From Leptonemataceae bacterium (GTDB lineage Bacteria; Spirochaetota; Leptospiria; Leptospirales; Leptonemataceae), in the NCBI GenBank assembly GCA_965227295.1, contig OZ245742.1, positions 3,744,001 to 3,808,000 of the forward strand: a stretch of 64,000 nucleotides of DNA, given 5' to 3'. Both the position numbers and the translations under genes were made by a program. Shown here in pieces: positions 18,515 to 27,832 of the stretch. The notes beneath the pieces are model-generated. The model made no database searches. It was not told the origin of the DNA and saw only the letters and a program-made list of their open reading frames with translations. Within the stretch, counting starts at the first letter, position 1. The number at the start of each line of letters is the position of its first letter.

Positions 18515-18898
18515 ATGAAAAGTTATTTGATGGTTTTCGGCGGAATTTTCGGAACCCTTCTGGCCGGCCTGGTTGGAATTTACCTGACGCCCCTGTTCGT
18601 CGCCCTGGCAGCGGGAGCCGGATTTTGGTACATCCTCGCAGTATTTTTTCTCGGTCTCGCATTACTCGGCCTCTTCGGGGTGCCGTTCTATACAACGATT
18701 AACTATCTGGAACCGGAGAACCCCCTGAACGGCATCACGTCTATCATCGCCATCGCGTCCGGTGCCGTCGTCGTCCTTGCGTCTCTGTTGGCTCTGATCT
18801 TTGCTTTCGGTCTGCTGCCGTTCATTACGATCCTGGGCGGCGCCCTGGTAATTGTCAGCGGATTGCTCCAGGGAGAATTTGTGGAGTGGTTTGAGTAA
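18515..18898 (+). CDS. Small multi-pass membrane protein
   Basis: AGGAGA RBS; about four hydrophobic segments. Confidence 0.7.
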   Translation: MKSYLMVFGGIFGTLLAGLVGIYLTPLFVALAAGAGFWYILAVFFLGLALLGLFGVPFYTTINYLEPENPLNGITSIIAIASGAVVVLASLLALIFAFGLLPFITILGGALVIVSGLLQGEFVEWFE

Positions 18899-18929
18899 AC
18901 GTCCCTGAGTACCCTGGTATACGGTCGGA

Positions 18930-19880
18930 ATGCAAATTAAACTATGGGGTGTGCGCGGGAGTCTTCCGACTCCCATGAGTCGCGAAGAGTACCACTCGAA
19001 GCTTTTGCACGCGCTGGCGTTTGCGAAAGACGAGTGGGGGCGGGACTCTGCGATCGAGGTGGGTGCGCTCATCGACGCCATGCACCCCGGCAATAAGTCC
19101 ATCATCGGTGGTGAGACGACCTGCGTGGAAGTCCTCCATGAAGGCGTGGAACTGATCCTCGATCTCGGAACCGGCGCCCGTCGCCTCGGTCGGGACATGA
19201 TGGAGCGCGGTCACCGCGGAGACATTCACATTCTGCTTACGCATACGCACTGGGATCACATCCAGGGCTGGCCGCACTTTGAACCGGCCTCCCAGGAAGA
19301 TAATACCGTTCACTTTTACTCGTGCCTGGAAGATCTCGAAGAGCGCCTCACGCGCCAGCAGCATTCGGAGCACGCGCCCGTATCGTTTCCCGATACGCCG
19401 TGTAACAAGCAGTTTCATTACATCCCGCCGGGCGAAACGTTTCAGATCGGTCCGTACAACATTACCACGCAACCCCTGATTCATCCCGGCGGATCCATCT
19501 CCTACAAAATCAAAGCCGGCGGCAAGGTCTTCGTTTTCGCCACGGACACCGAGTTTTACGGACCCGAAATCCACGAGCGTATGAAGGAGTACCATCGCTT
19601 TTTCAGCAACGCCGATCTTCTGGTAATGGACGCTCAGTATTCCTTAGAGGAAGCCGAGCAACGCAAGGGCTGGGGCCACACGGCTATGACGATCGCGGTG
19701 GACTGTTCCATTTACTGGGGCGTGAAAGAACTCGTGCTCACTCACCACGAACCGGCCCACCAGGACGATACCATCTGGAAACTCTTCGACGAGGCGTCGG
19801 AGTACCTCACCGAATTTTCGAGCCAGCACCCCGGTTTGAACATCTACACCGCCAAAGAAGGCGATACCTACGAGTTGTGA
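18930..19880 (+). CDS. MBL-fold metallohydrolase (PhnP-like phosphodiesterase)
   Basis: WGVRGS, THTHWDHIQG, TDTE, THHEP. Confidence 0.9.
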   Translation: MQIKLWGVRGSLPTPMSREEYHSKLLHALAFAKDEWGRDSAIEVGALIDAMHPGNKSIIGGETTCVEVLHEGVELILDLGTGARRLGRDMMERGHRGDIHILLTHTHWDHIQGWPHFEPASQEDNTVHFYSCLEDLEERLTRQQHSEHAPVSFPDTPCNKQFHYIPPGETFQIGPYNITTQPLIHPGGSISYKIKAGGKVFVFATDTEFYGPEIHERMKEYHRFFSNADLLVMDAQYSLEEAEQRKGWGHTAMTIAVDCSIYWGVKELVLTHHEPAHQDDTIWKLFDEASEYLTEFSSQHPGLNIYTAKEGDTYEL

Positions 19881-20025
19881 GTATCGCTCTCTTGATTCAC
19901 TAAGCCGGCGAATTCACAGCTCTTCGCGTCAGCGATGCGCAAGGTCGCGAAGCGAGGAGCTGGCTAAAAAGTCGCGGGCGGCGACGTCGCTAAAAAGGGT
20001 GTTGCCTGCGAACTTGCAGCTCTTC

Positions 20026-20141
20026 GCGCCAGGGATTGTAAGGGTTGCGCCGTCAGGCGCAAGTCCGAAGCGCAGCGGAGGACCGAAGGCGAAGCCGGAG
20101 CCCTGGAAAGCCCGGTCGCCGCCGAAGGCGGCGAGGCGCCC
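20026..20141 (-). repeat. Structured repeat copy A (Flavo-1-like RNA motif candidate)
   Basis: GGGCGCC...GGGCTTTCC...CAATCCCTGGCGC on the minus strand. Confidence 0.75.
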
Positions 20142-20218
20142 AAGAAAACATTACAATTTCACCAAGATTTTTAGTTAAAAGACCGATACTCTAACTTTAT
20201 ATGAAGCAATATTTGTAA

Positions 20219-20337
20219 GGGCGTTCCCCTCGCTGCGCTCGGGGCGCGCTTTGCGGGGAGGCTCCGCCTACGGCTGCGGTCCTCCGCGCTACGCGCTCCG
20301 GACTGGCGCTTCGCGCCACCCCTCCAATCGCTAACGC
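20219..20337 (+). repeat. Structured repeat copy B
   Basis: GGGCGTT...GCGCTTT...CAATCGCTAACGC. Confidence 0.75.
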
Positions 20338-20439
20338 AAGAATTGATAGGTCGCGGCCGTATTCCAATCCCCGGGCGGCATTTTTGTCAGCCCCCGAAGG
20401 CGAAACTGGAGCCTGTAGGGGAACGGCAAGAGAAGGACT

Positions 20440-21168
20440 TCACTTCCACGTATCCGCGTACTCGCCGCCGGGATAGCGCAGGTCCACGAGATCCGAAACA
20501 ATCAGCAAATTATCGAACGACAGGGCGACGTCGCCGGGTTTGCTTTTGGGATGCGAACGAATCAGCAGGCCGACGAACCGGTGTTCGCGGCGGCGTTCGA
20601 CGTTGCGTTGCATCTTCTGCAAACTTACGGGTAACGTGAGATCCAGGCGGCGCCAGCCGTGCCACAATAGATCGCCGGCCGGCACGCGGACCTCTTTGCC
20701 CTCGGCGGTTTCGAAGAGTAGTTCCAGTTTATCTCGATACATCGAAGAACGAACCCACAGCGACGCGCGAAACAATCGGCCGGGAATCATCACCGGCTCC
20801 GAAACTTCCAGGCGGTAGTGCTGGCGGCCCGGGACCTCGAACGAGGTATGCACGAACAACGTCTGCTCGCCCACGGCGTTGGTGTTCGCATGTTTCGTAA
20901 CGACCTCGAGTTCGCGCGCGAAGGCCGCTTCGTCCGGGCGCTGATAAATGTAGCGCACGTCCGACAGCATGGTGGAGTTCATCTTCGGTTCGTAGACGCG
21001 GCGGTTTTCGAAGAGGTCCACCGGATACAATCGATACCGGCCGGCGTAACTTTCGATGAGTTGGTCCAGGACTTCCACGCGTCCCTGCGCGTCGTACGGG
21101 GCGGGCAGATCGCGGGCGAATACGGCGCTCGTTAAGAAGAGCGCGCAGATCAACACAAGCCGTCGCAT
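20440..21168 (-). CDS. FlaA-family flagellar sheath protein (divergent)
   Basis: Signal peptide; IPGR..ASLWVRS, L-WHGWRRL-L-LP, FDNL, C-terminal DTW. Confidence 0.75.
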   Translation of the reverse strand: MRRLVLICALFLTSAVFARDLPAPYDAQGRVEVLDQLIESYAGRYRLYPVDLFENRRVYEPKMNSTMLSDVRYIYQRPDEAAFARELEVVTKHANTNAVGEQTLFVHTSFEVPGRQHYRLEVSEPVMIPGRLFRASLWVRSSMYRDKLELLFETAEGKEVRVPAGDLLWHGWRRLDLTLPVSLQKMQRNVERRREHRFVGLLIRSHPKSKPGDVALSFDNLLIVSDLVDLRYPGGEYADTWK

Positions 21169-21220
21169 TATATTAGAATAACGGCAAAAAGCGAAGGATG
21201 CCTGAGAGGATGATGCAGGC

Positions 21221-22132
21221 TCAGGGGTTTCTTTTGCGCTTCTTTTTTGGGCGTCTCGCCGCTGCGCGGCGACCGGGCTTTCCAGGACTCCGCCTTCGGC
21301 TTCGGTCCTCCGCTTCGCTCCGGACTTGCGGCTTCGCCGCAATCCTTCCAATCCCTGACGCGGAAGAGTTTGCATCATCCGCTTCCTTTTCGAACAACGC
21401 GAACAGATCACCCTTACACGACTGTTTCACTTCCGCAAGCACCGCCTCGAATTCCGCTGACGCGAACTCGGCCCCGGGCTGCGGCGGTGATACGCATTCC
21501 ACCGTTTCGTCGCCGAGCTGGAAGCGCAGCGCGTAGGCGTGCAGGTAGGCCCGATCTTCCTGCCTGGCGACATCGTAACGTCCGTACTGGCCGTCGCCCA
21601 GGATCGGCGCGGCGAGCGACTTCATGGCGACCCGGAGTTGATGCGTGCGGCCGGTCTTCGGATGCAATACGTAGAGCCGGAGACCCGGCCGGCGCCCGGG
21701 AATGCCGTAGCTTAAGAAACGTGTAATTGCCGGATTGTTCGTGCTGCGCGCGAGAATCCAGGCGCCGCCGCGACCGCGGATCATGTCGCCGACGATCTTG
21801 CCCTGTTTCTTTTTCGGACTCCGATCCGAGATTGCGAGGTAGATCTTGCGCACACGGCCGTGGCGAAACTCGTTGCCGAGCAGGTTGGCGTTCTTGCGTC
21901 CGCGCGCAAACACCAACAGACCGGAAGTTACGCGATCGAGGCGATGCACCGGGAAGAGTCGCGGGCCGGCGGGAATTTCGCCGGCCTCTTCCATCGCACG
22001 GAGAATCTGCACGAGGCCGCTCTCCTGTTCCTGGCCGTGAAAGGCCACGCCGGGTTCCTTGTGCACGACCAGGTAGTCGTCCGTGTTTTGAACGAGACGC
22101 AGCGGCCGGGGATTCGTATCGCCGCCGGCCAT
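21221..22132 (-). CDS. RluA-family RNA pseudouridine synthase
   Basis: VHRLDRVTSG, TGRTHQLRV, LHAYAL. Confidence 0.92.
   Translation of the reverse strand: MAGGDTNPRPLRLVQNTDDYLVVHKEPGVAFHGQEQESGLVQILRAMEEAGEIPAGPRLFPVHRLDRVTSGLLVFARGRKNANLLGNEFRHGRVRKIYLAISDRSPKKKQGKIVGDMIRGRGGAWILARSTNNPAITRFLSYGIPGRRPGLRLYVLHPKTGRTHQLRVAMKSLAAPILGDGQYGRYDVARQEDRAYLHAYALRFQLGDETVECVSPPQPGAEFASAEFEAVLAEVKQSCKGDLFALFEKEADDANSSASGIGRIAAKPQVRSEAEDRSRRRSPGKPGRRAAARRPKKKRKRNP
21249..21361 (+). repeat. Structured repeat copy C, inside the pseudouridine synthase 3' end
   Basis: GGGCGTC...GGGCTTTCC...CAATCCCTGACGC. Confidence 0.8.
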
Positions 22133-22136
22133 AGAC

Positions 22137-23609
22137 TCAGAGGACGTTGGCTTCGAGCTTTTCGCGTTCGATCTTCAGCTTGTACTTGTCCGAAAGTTTG
22201 CTCTGGATTTCCTGAACGGCCTGCTGGCGGACCTGACCTTCCAGCATGTTGCGGATGTTGTCGCGAACTTCGCCGAAGCTTTTGCCCTTGTAGCGCGTTT
22301 GCCGGCCGATCTCGTACTGCTGCCGGACCTGGGCGTCATCGATATTGATTTCCGGCATGTTGGCTTCGTAGTAAGACTGCGCCAGGGCTTCGCTGCGCTG
22401 CAGGTCCAGGACAAACTCGTACTCGTCGGAGGATGCAATGTTTTCAAAGCCGCTTTCGCCTTTCAGGAGAGTCGTCGCGACGATGACCGAGTTGGTGATC
22501 TGAATTTTCTCGGACAGGCTGACCCCTTCGGCGTATTCACCAAGCACCTCATCCAGGTCGCCGATCGTGAAGACATCATCGCCGACCTTGAAGAGCCCGG
22601 TCTCCGCGGTGTAGTCCTCCGGCTGCGGCGGGGTCTGCGGTTGCGCGGCCGGCAGAATCTCCAGATTTTTCTCTTCGCGTAACGCGTTGAGTTTCGATGT
22701 CAGCAGGCCGCGGCCTTCGTTGCGCCGCAGATGGTCGGCCTGCTGCTGCGCCAGTTGTTCAATGCGCGCTTCGTCCAGGCGAATGCGGTCCAGGGATGAA
22801 CGCTCTTCTTCCGGTAATTCCGCGCGGTACCGTTCTAAGATGCGCATGGTCTTACGATGATAGTCTTCGAAGATGGAGGTGAGGGAGTCCAGGGACCGAT
22901 TGTATGCCTTCGTCTTCCGGATGATCCACAGCGCGTCCGGCGTGCGCGTTAGAATGAAAGTCCCCGCTTCCGTTTCTTTGAGCGGACGGGTTAGGAACGC
23001 CGTCTGGTTCATGCGGCACTCGGTGCACTGCGGATCCAGGTAACCGCCGATCCAGCGGTAGCGTGCATGCTCGGAACGCTCGCGGATGAAGTCTTCGACG
23101 GCGCGTTGATCGTCTTTGATCTTGTTTAATTGAGCAACCAGGTCTTCGGCCTCGGCCAGGCGTTCGTTCGGATCGCTGCCGTCGCTGCCCGGGCGTTTGG
23201 CGGAAAGCCACAGGAATTGCATGTCGTAGAATTCGATCTCGTGATCGTCGGCCCCGCGCTGCAGCTTGAGATTGTACGCCATGAGTTTGGCCTGGCGTTC
23301 GGAAATGACCAGGCGGCGTTTTACCGCATCGGATTGGGCCAGGTTCTCGTCGCCTTCGGCCTCGGCGGCGGCAAGTTTCATCATGGCGAAGTTACTCAAT
23401 AGTTGGTTTTGTTGATCGATGGTGGCCTGTTGTTCGGCGTCCGCACCGAAGATCATTTCAAACATGAGTCGCATTTCGCCGCGGGTGATTTGCCCGCCTT
23501 CGTAGGTGGCGAGGACCTCTCCGCTGCGCCCGCAGGCGGATGTGAAACTCACGGCCATGAGTACGCATGCGCAGACGCTCAGTAGATTTGTGGAACGGAA
23601 GAATTGCAT
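22137..23609 (-). CDS. Lipoprotein, PrsA/SurA-like foldase (degenerate PPIase)
   Basis: Lipobox TSAC; VLATYEGGQIT; C-terminal FGEVRDNIR..L. Confidence 0.65.
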   Translation of the reverse strand: MQFFRSTNLLSVCACVLMAVSFTSACGRSGEVLATYEGGQITRGEMRLMFEMIFGADAEQQATIDQQNQLLSNFAMMKLAAAEAEGDENLAQSDAVKRRLVISERQAKLMAYNLKLQRGADDHEIEFYDMQFLWLSAKRPGSDGSDPNERLAEAEDLVAQLNKIKDDQRAVEDFIRERSEHARYRWIGGYLDPQCTECRMNQTAFLTRPLKETEAGTFILTRTPDALWIIRKTKAYNRSLDSLTSIFEDYHRKTMRILERYRAELPEEERSSLDRIRLDEARIEQLAQQQADHLRRNEGRGLLTSKLNALREEKNLEILPAAQPQTPPQPEDYTAETGLFKVGDDVFTIGDLDEVLGEYAEGVSLSEKIQITNSVIVATTLLKGESGFENIASSDEYEFVLDLQRSEALAQSYYEANMPEINIDDAQVRQQYEIGRQTRYKGKSFGEVRDNIRNMLEGQVRQQAVQEIQSKLSDKYKLKIEREKLEANVL

Positions 23610-23681
23610 GCGTCAAGGAGCCGGTCCGGGGGAGCCCGGTAAACCGTTTTTGCATGCTCTGGCAGCGGGCTGCCTCGGTGT

Positions 23682-24218
23682 TCAGCCCTGATCGAAAGTG
23701 AAAGGAAAGTCTTCGTCCTGGGTCTTTTGTTTCGAAGCCGTGTTCGCCGCCTTTGTCGGTGTCTCAGGAGGACTCGAGTGCGTGGCCGGTTCCCGGGAAT
23801 TTGCGGACGGTTTTGACGCAGCCGGGCGGCGCGGTTTCTCCGAGGCCTGCTCGGATTTCTCCGCGGCCGGCGCTTCCGTCTTCGCGGAACCTTTATTTTT
23901 CGAGGAGGAAGAAGGCAGAATGATTTCCGGTTCCGGGCCCGACGCGGCCTGCCTGCGCGGGCTCGGTTGCGGGGCGGGGGATTCGGCATCATCGCCGGCA
24001 AAGTCGGCCGCCAGGTTCTTCGGCGGATTGTGAATGACCTGAGAGAGTAGCGTGTTCTGTAATTGTTTGAGACGAATCGTCTCCTCCTGGAGCGACTCGC
24101 GCAGTCGGCTGCTGTACTCGCGGTCTTCCTGCAACGTGGAGCGCAGCGTGCGGATCTCGTCGAGGTCGCGCTCAATGCGTTCCATGCGGTTCAGGAGATG
24201 GATGGCCTTTAACTTCAC
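23682..24218 (-). CDS. Hypothetical protein: coiled-coil N-terminus, low-complexity tail
   Basis: Heptad-rich N-terminus; TTGACA upstream. Confidence 0.65.
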   Translation of the reverse strand: MKLKAIHLLNRMERIERDLDEIRTLRSTLQEDREYSSRLRESLQEETIRLKQLQNTLLSQVIHNPPKNLAADFAGDDAESPAPQPSPRRQAASGPEPEIILPSSSSKNKGSAKTEAPAAEKSEQASEKPRRPAASKPSANSREPATHSSPPETPTKAANTASKQKTQDEDFPFTFDQG

Positions 24219-24330
24219 ATCTTTGTTTCGGCCGTTTTACAAAGACTGTCAAGCCTGAAAATATCGCTTGAAATCTGCTGTCTGGTGACTGCACTGTCAT
24301 ACTTTCGCGGTTCCGCGAAATTCTTCCTGC

Positions 24331-25110
24331 ATGAGCGCTGTTCGCAAGTTTGTCTCCATTCAGAAAGCGCCGGCGGCCTCCGAACCGTTCAACGTGGCGC
24401 GAAAAATCTACCACGCCTTCGGCCTGGTGATTCCGCTGGTCGTGTACTTCGACGCCTTTGCGTTCTTCGCTCCCGGGCGCGAACATCTGACGCGGGAAAT
24501 TTGCATCGTCCTGCTCGCCGCGGGAATTCTGCTCATGCTGTGCGTCGACACGTTGCGTTTTCAGTTGAAACCGCTGAACCGCCTGTTCGTCAACGTTGTC
24601 GGATCTTTACTGAAAGAAGAAGAGAAGAAACGTTACAACGCCACGATTCCGTACTTCACGGCCTGCCTCCTGCTGCTCTGGTTTTTCTCCGACGTTACGG
24701 CGACCCTCGCGTGCATCTTCTTAATGGTGGGGGATCCCTTCGCGGCTTACGTCGGCGGCCATTACGGCCGGGTACGTTTCTGGAACGGTAAATCCCTGGA
24801 AGGCCTGCTGGCCTTTATGGGGGCCGGTTTCATCGGCAGCATCCTCTTTCTCGCCGTACATCTTGCGTTGGCCGGAGACGCGGCCGGGCCGTTCGCGCTG
24901 AACACCCAGGCGGCGCCGGTCATCGTGCTCGCCGGCCTCGGCTGCGCGGCCCTGGCAGAGTTTCTATCGATCGTGGCGCTGCGCGGCCTCTTCGACGATA
25001 ACCTCATCGTGCCGCTGTTCGGCGCCGGCGGCATGGCGCTCTGTGCCCTCGTCATGAACGACGTCGATGTGATGCAGCTCTACTTCGATTCCACCGGGCT
25101 CTTCGCCTGA
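24331..25110 (+). CDS. Polyprenol/phytol/dolichol kinase-family membrane protein
   Basis: ARKIYH, GDPFAA..G, KSLEG, DDNL. Confidence 0.85.
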   Translation: MSAVRKFVSIQKAPAASEPFNVARKIYHAFGLVIPLVVYFDAFAFFAPGREHLTREICIVLLAAGILLMLCVDTLRFQLKPLNRLFVNVVGSLLKEEEKKRYNATIPYFTACLLLLWFFSDVTATLACIFLMVGDPFAAYVGGHYGRVRFWNGKSLEGLLAFMGAGFIGSILFLAVHLALAGDAAGPFALNTQAAPVIVLAGLGCAALAEFLSIVALRGLFDDNLIVPLFGAGGMALCALVMNDVDVMQLYFDSTGLFA

Positions 25111-25126
25111 GTCTTTCTTCGACCGC

Positions 25127-26242
25127 ATGTCTTTCTTTCGATTGAATCTGCGCATCCTGGACCGCTACATCGGCGGCGAGTTCGTGAAATCCTTCGGCTT
25201 CGCGCTGATCGCGTTCTCGACGATCTTTCTCGCGTACGAAGCTTACGATCTAAGCCGCATTGAATCCGAGCAGCCGCAGATCCACGCGTATCTCTATCTA
25301 CTTTTTTCCGCGCCGCGCATCGTGCTGCTCATTCTGCCCGCGGCTTTGATGTTCGGAGTATGTTTCACCGTCGCTCAGTTCACGGTCTCTCGCGAGATGG
25401 TGGCGATCTTCAGTGCCGGCGGTTCCTTTTACAGGGCCATTGCTCCGTTGCTCGTGGTGAGTCTCATCACGTCTCTCGCCCAGTTCGTATTCAACGACTT
25501 CCTGGTAACGCCGGCCAACGAGGCGGCCAACGAACAGGAAGAGATCTTACGCAAGGGCACGCGCTCGGCCTCGGTAAAGGGCCTGGTGTTTCAAAAGAAC
25601 ATGCGCGGTCGTGAGGGCTATTACTTCATCTATTACTTCAATCGTGAGAAGCAGGAGATCTTCGGCGGCTTCAACTATCTCAGGGTATCCGAAGAAGGCA
25701 CGCCGCTGCGCATGTGGCAGGCCGACCGCGCCGTCTATCGCGCCGAGAACAACGACTGGGTGCTTTATAACGGGCGCGTCTTGATCTTCGGTAGCGATCT
25801 GCGCGTGCAGGAGATTCGGGTCTTTGACGAAACGGATCTCAAGTTACCGGACAGCCTGGATTTCTTCGCGAACCCCGGGCGCAATCCGAACGAGATGAAC
25901 GTCTTTGAGTTGCTCGGGGAGATTGATCGTTTGCGGGACTTCGGTTTTAACACGGTACCGTACGAAGTGCAGTTCCATTCGAACCTTTCGTTTCCTTTCA
26001 TGTGTTTGATCTTAACGATCGTCGGTTCTATTGCCGGGGCCACCGGCAACCATCGCAGCGGCGGTCCTTTGATTCGCGCCATCGTGCTTTCCACCATCGC
26101 CATGTTCGTCTATTATCTTACGTTCAGTATTACGGAAGGTCTCGGGCAGAGCGGCATCGTGCATCCGGCGCTCGCGAGCTGGGGCCCTACCGGTTTCTTT
26201 CTGGCCGCGGCGATGTTTATGGTCTGGCGGTATCGTAAGTGA
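25127..26242 (+). CDS. LptF/LptG-family LPS export permease
   Basis: ILDRYI, SREMVAIFSAGGS, 3+3 TM layout. Confidence 0.9.
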   Translation: MSFFRLNLRILDRYIGGEFVKSFGFALIAFSTIFLAYEAYDLSRIESEQPQIHAYLYLLFSAPRIVLLILPAALMFGVCFTVAQFTVSREMVAIFSAGGSFYRAIAPLLVVSLITSLAQFVFNDFLVTPANEAANEQEEILRKGTRSASVKGLVFQKNMRGREGYYFIYYFNREKQEIFGGFNYLRVSEEGTPLRMWQADRAVYRAENNDWVLYNGRVLIFGSDLRVQEIRVFDETDLKLPDSLDFFANPGRNPNEMNVFELLGEIDRLRDFGFNTVPYEVQFHSNLSFPFMCLILTIVGSIAGATGNHRSGGPLIRAIVLSTIAMFVYYLTFSITEGLGQSGIVHPALASWGPTGFFLAAAMFMVWRYRK

Positions 26243-26715
26243 GTAAGGCCCGCGCGGATTTGCCGCGCATCTTTCGATTCTTCGACGAGGCGGAACGTTG
26301 CGAGATGTATCTGCGGGGCCGCTGGTCCGGCGAGGGTACGCACGCGATCGCCGGTTATCCCGCCGATCGTCGCATGAACCTGAGTATCGACTGCGGATCC
26401 GGCCGCGCGACGACGCGCTGGTCCGGTCGGGATCCGGGGCGGGGGCTTCTTGCCAGAGTACGCGGCTGGTTTGCGAAGCGCAGCGCGCAGGAACGACGCC
26501 TGGAAGTGAAGAATAATGCCGCTCCGCCGGCGAGTCGGCGGGAAGGCGTTTTTGATTTAGGCGTCGGCGAGTACGATACGGACTTCGCACGCTTAACCAT
26601 GGATGAGTTTGAGTTAACGCTACAGGTGCTGGAAAACGTGCGGGTGCACGCGGTGCTCCGGGAGCGCAGCGGCTACGGCATTCATTTTACGGGCGTGCTG
26701 CGGAAAATACGGTAG
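26239..26715 (+). CDS. Hypothetical protein
   Basis: GTGA overlap with the upstream stop codon. Confidence 0.6.
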   Translation: MSKARADLPRIFRFFDEAERCEMYLRGRWSGEGTHAIAGYPADRRMNLSIDCGSGRATTRWSGRDPGRGLLARVRGWFAKRSAQERRLEVKNNAAPPASRREGVFDLGVGEYDTDFARLTMDEFELTLQVLENVRVHAVLRERSGYGIHFTGVLRKIR

Positions 26716-26731
26716 CAGTCGCCGGAACGAC

Positions 26732-27826
26732 TCAATCCGTATGCGGCATGTTGTAGATCTCGGTGGACTCTTTCTCCGCGAGTTCCATTTGCAGTTTCGT
26801 ATACACCTGCCGCGCCGTAATCCAGTTGAGACAGGCGAGATCGCCGCGGCGGCAGGCGCGGTCCCCGGTAATCGAACACGGGCGGCAACTGAGATCCTTC
26901 GGCGCAACTTCGATGATCGTATTCTCCGGCTGGCCGTAGGGACCGAAGCCGGAAAAGTAGTGCGTGGCGCCCCAGATCGAAAGCACCTTCTTGCCGAGTA
27001 AAGCCGCCAGGTGCATGTTGAAAGCGTCCATCGAGATCATGATGTCCATTTTTAAGATGAGCGCCATTTCTCCTTCCAGCGGTAGTTCGCCGGCCACCAG
27101 AACCGTGTTCGGAAACTTCGCCCGCATTTCGCGGAGACGGCGGATTTCTTTCTCCCCGCCGCCGAAGAGAAAGACCGTCGCGTTCATGTTGCGATGAATG
27201 AGGCTCAGGAGTTCATGGGTGTGTACCGGCGGCCAGGTTTTCTGAGGGGTGCCCGCAAACGGGGCGATGCCGATCCAGGTGTTGCGTTTGTTCTCCGTGT
27301 TGGATCGCAACCGAAACTCCTTCGCGAGGGCCCGGCACTGGGTGTCGGGATTGATGAACGGCCCGGAGCCGGCCGGCTTTGCGTGCAGGCCGGCGCGCTC
27401 GAATACGTGCATATAGCGCTCAATGACGTGGGGCAGGGGCTTCAGGATCTTGTTACGCGGCCGCGTGTGCAGGCGCTTCTCCCGCTGACCTTTGACGATC
27501 GACGCAAACTTAATCCCGGAGAAACCTAAGAAAAACTTTAGAAAACGCGAGCGAAAGGTCGCCTGAAGATCGATGCCGTGGGTGTACGGGCCGAGCTTGA
27601 GCAGTTCGCGATAAAGCCGGTAGAGACCGTAGAGACCGCGGTACTCGCGATCCAGGTCCACGCCGATGACTTCGACTCCGGGAATGTTATGAAAAAAGGC
27701 TTCGAATTCTTTGCGCGTCACCAGAATGACATGCAGATTGGAATAATCGCGAGCGAGGGCGTCGAGCACCGGCGCCAGGAGGGCGACGTCACCGAGCTTT
27801 GTGAATCGCAGTACGAGAAGACGCAT
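26732..27826 (-). CDS. Glycosyltransferase family 9 (heptosyltransferase-like)
   Basis: LRFTKLGDV, KTWP, DAFNMHLA, CRPCS. Confidence 0.92.
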   Translation of the reverse strand: MRLLVLRFTKLGDVALLAPVLDALARDYSNLHVILVTRKEFEAFFHNIPGVEVIGVDLDREYRGLYGLYRLYRELLKLGPYTHGIDLQATFRSRFLKFFLGFSGIKFASIVKGQREKRLHTRPRNKILKPLPHVIERYMHVFERAGLHAKPAGSGPFINPDTQCRALAKEFRLRSNTENKRNTWIGIAPFAGTPQKTWPPVHTHELLSLIHRNMNATVFLFGGGEKEIRRLREMRAKFPNTVLVAGELPLEGEMALILKMDIMISMDAFNMHLAALLGKKVLSIWGATHYFSGFGPYGQPENTIIEVAPKDLSCRPCSITGDRACRRGDLACLNWITARQVYTKLQMELAEKESTEIYNMPHTD

Positions 27827-27832
27827 TCGAGC

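Noticed and set aside
21169..21411. N-terminal extension of the FlaA-like ORF
   Set aside because: Overlaps the upstream gene and repeat; the signal peptide begins at 21168
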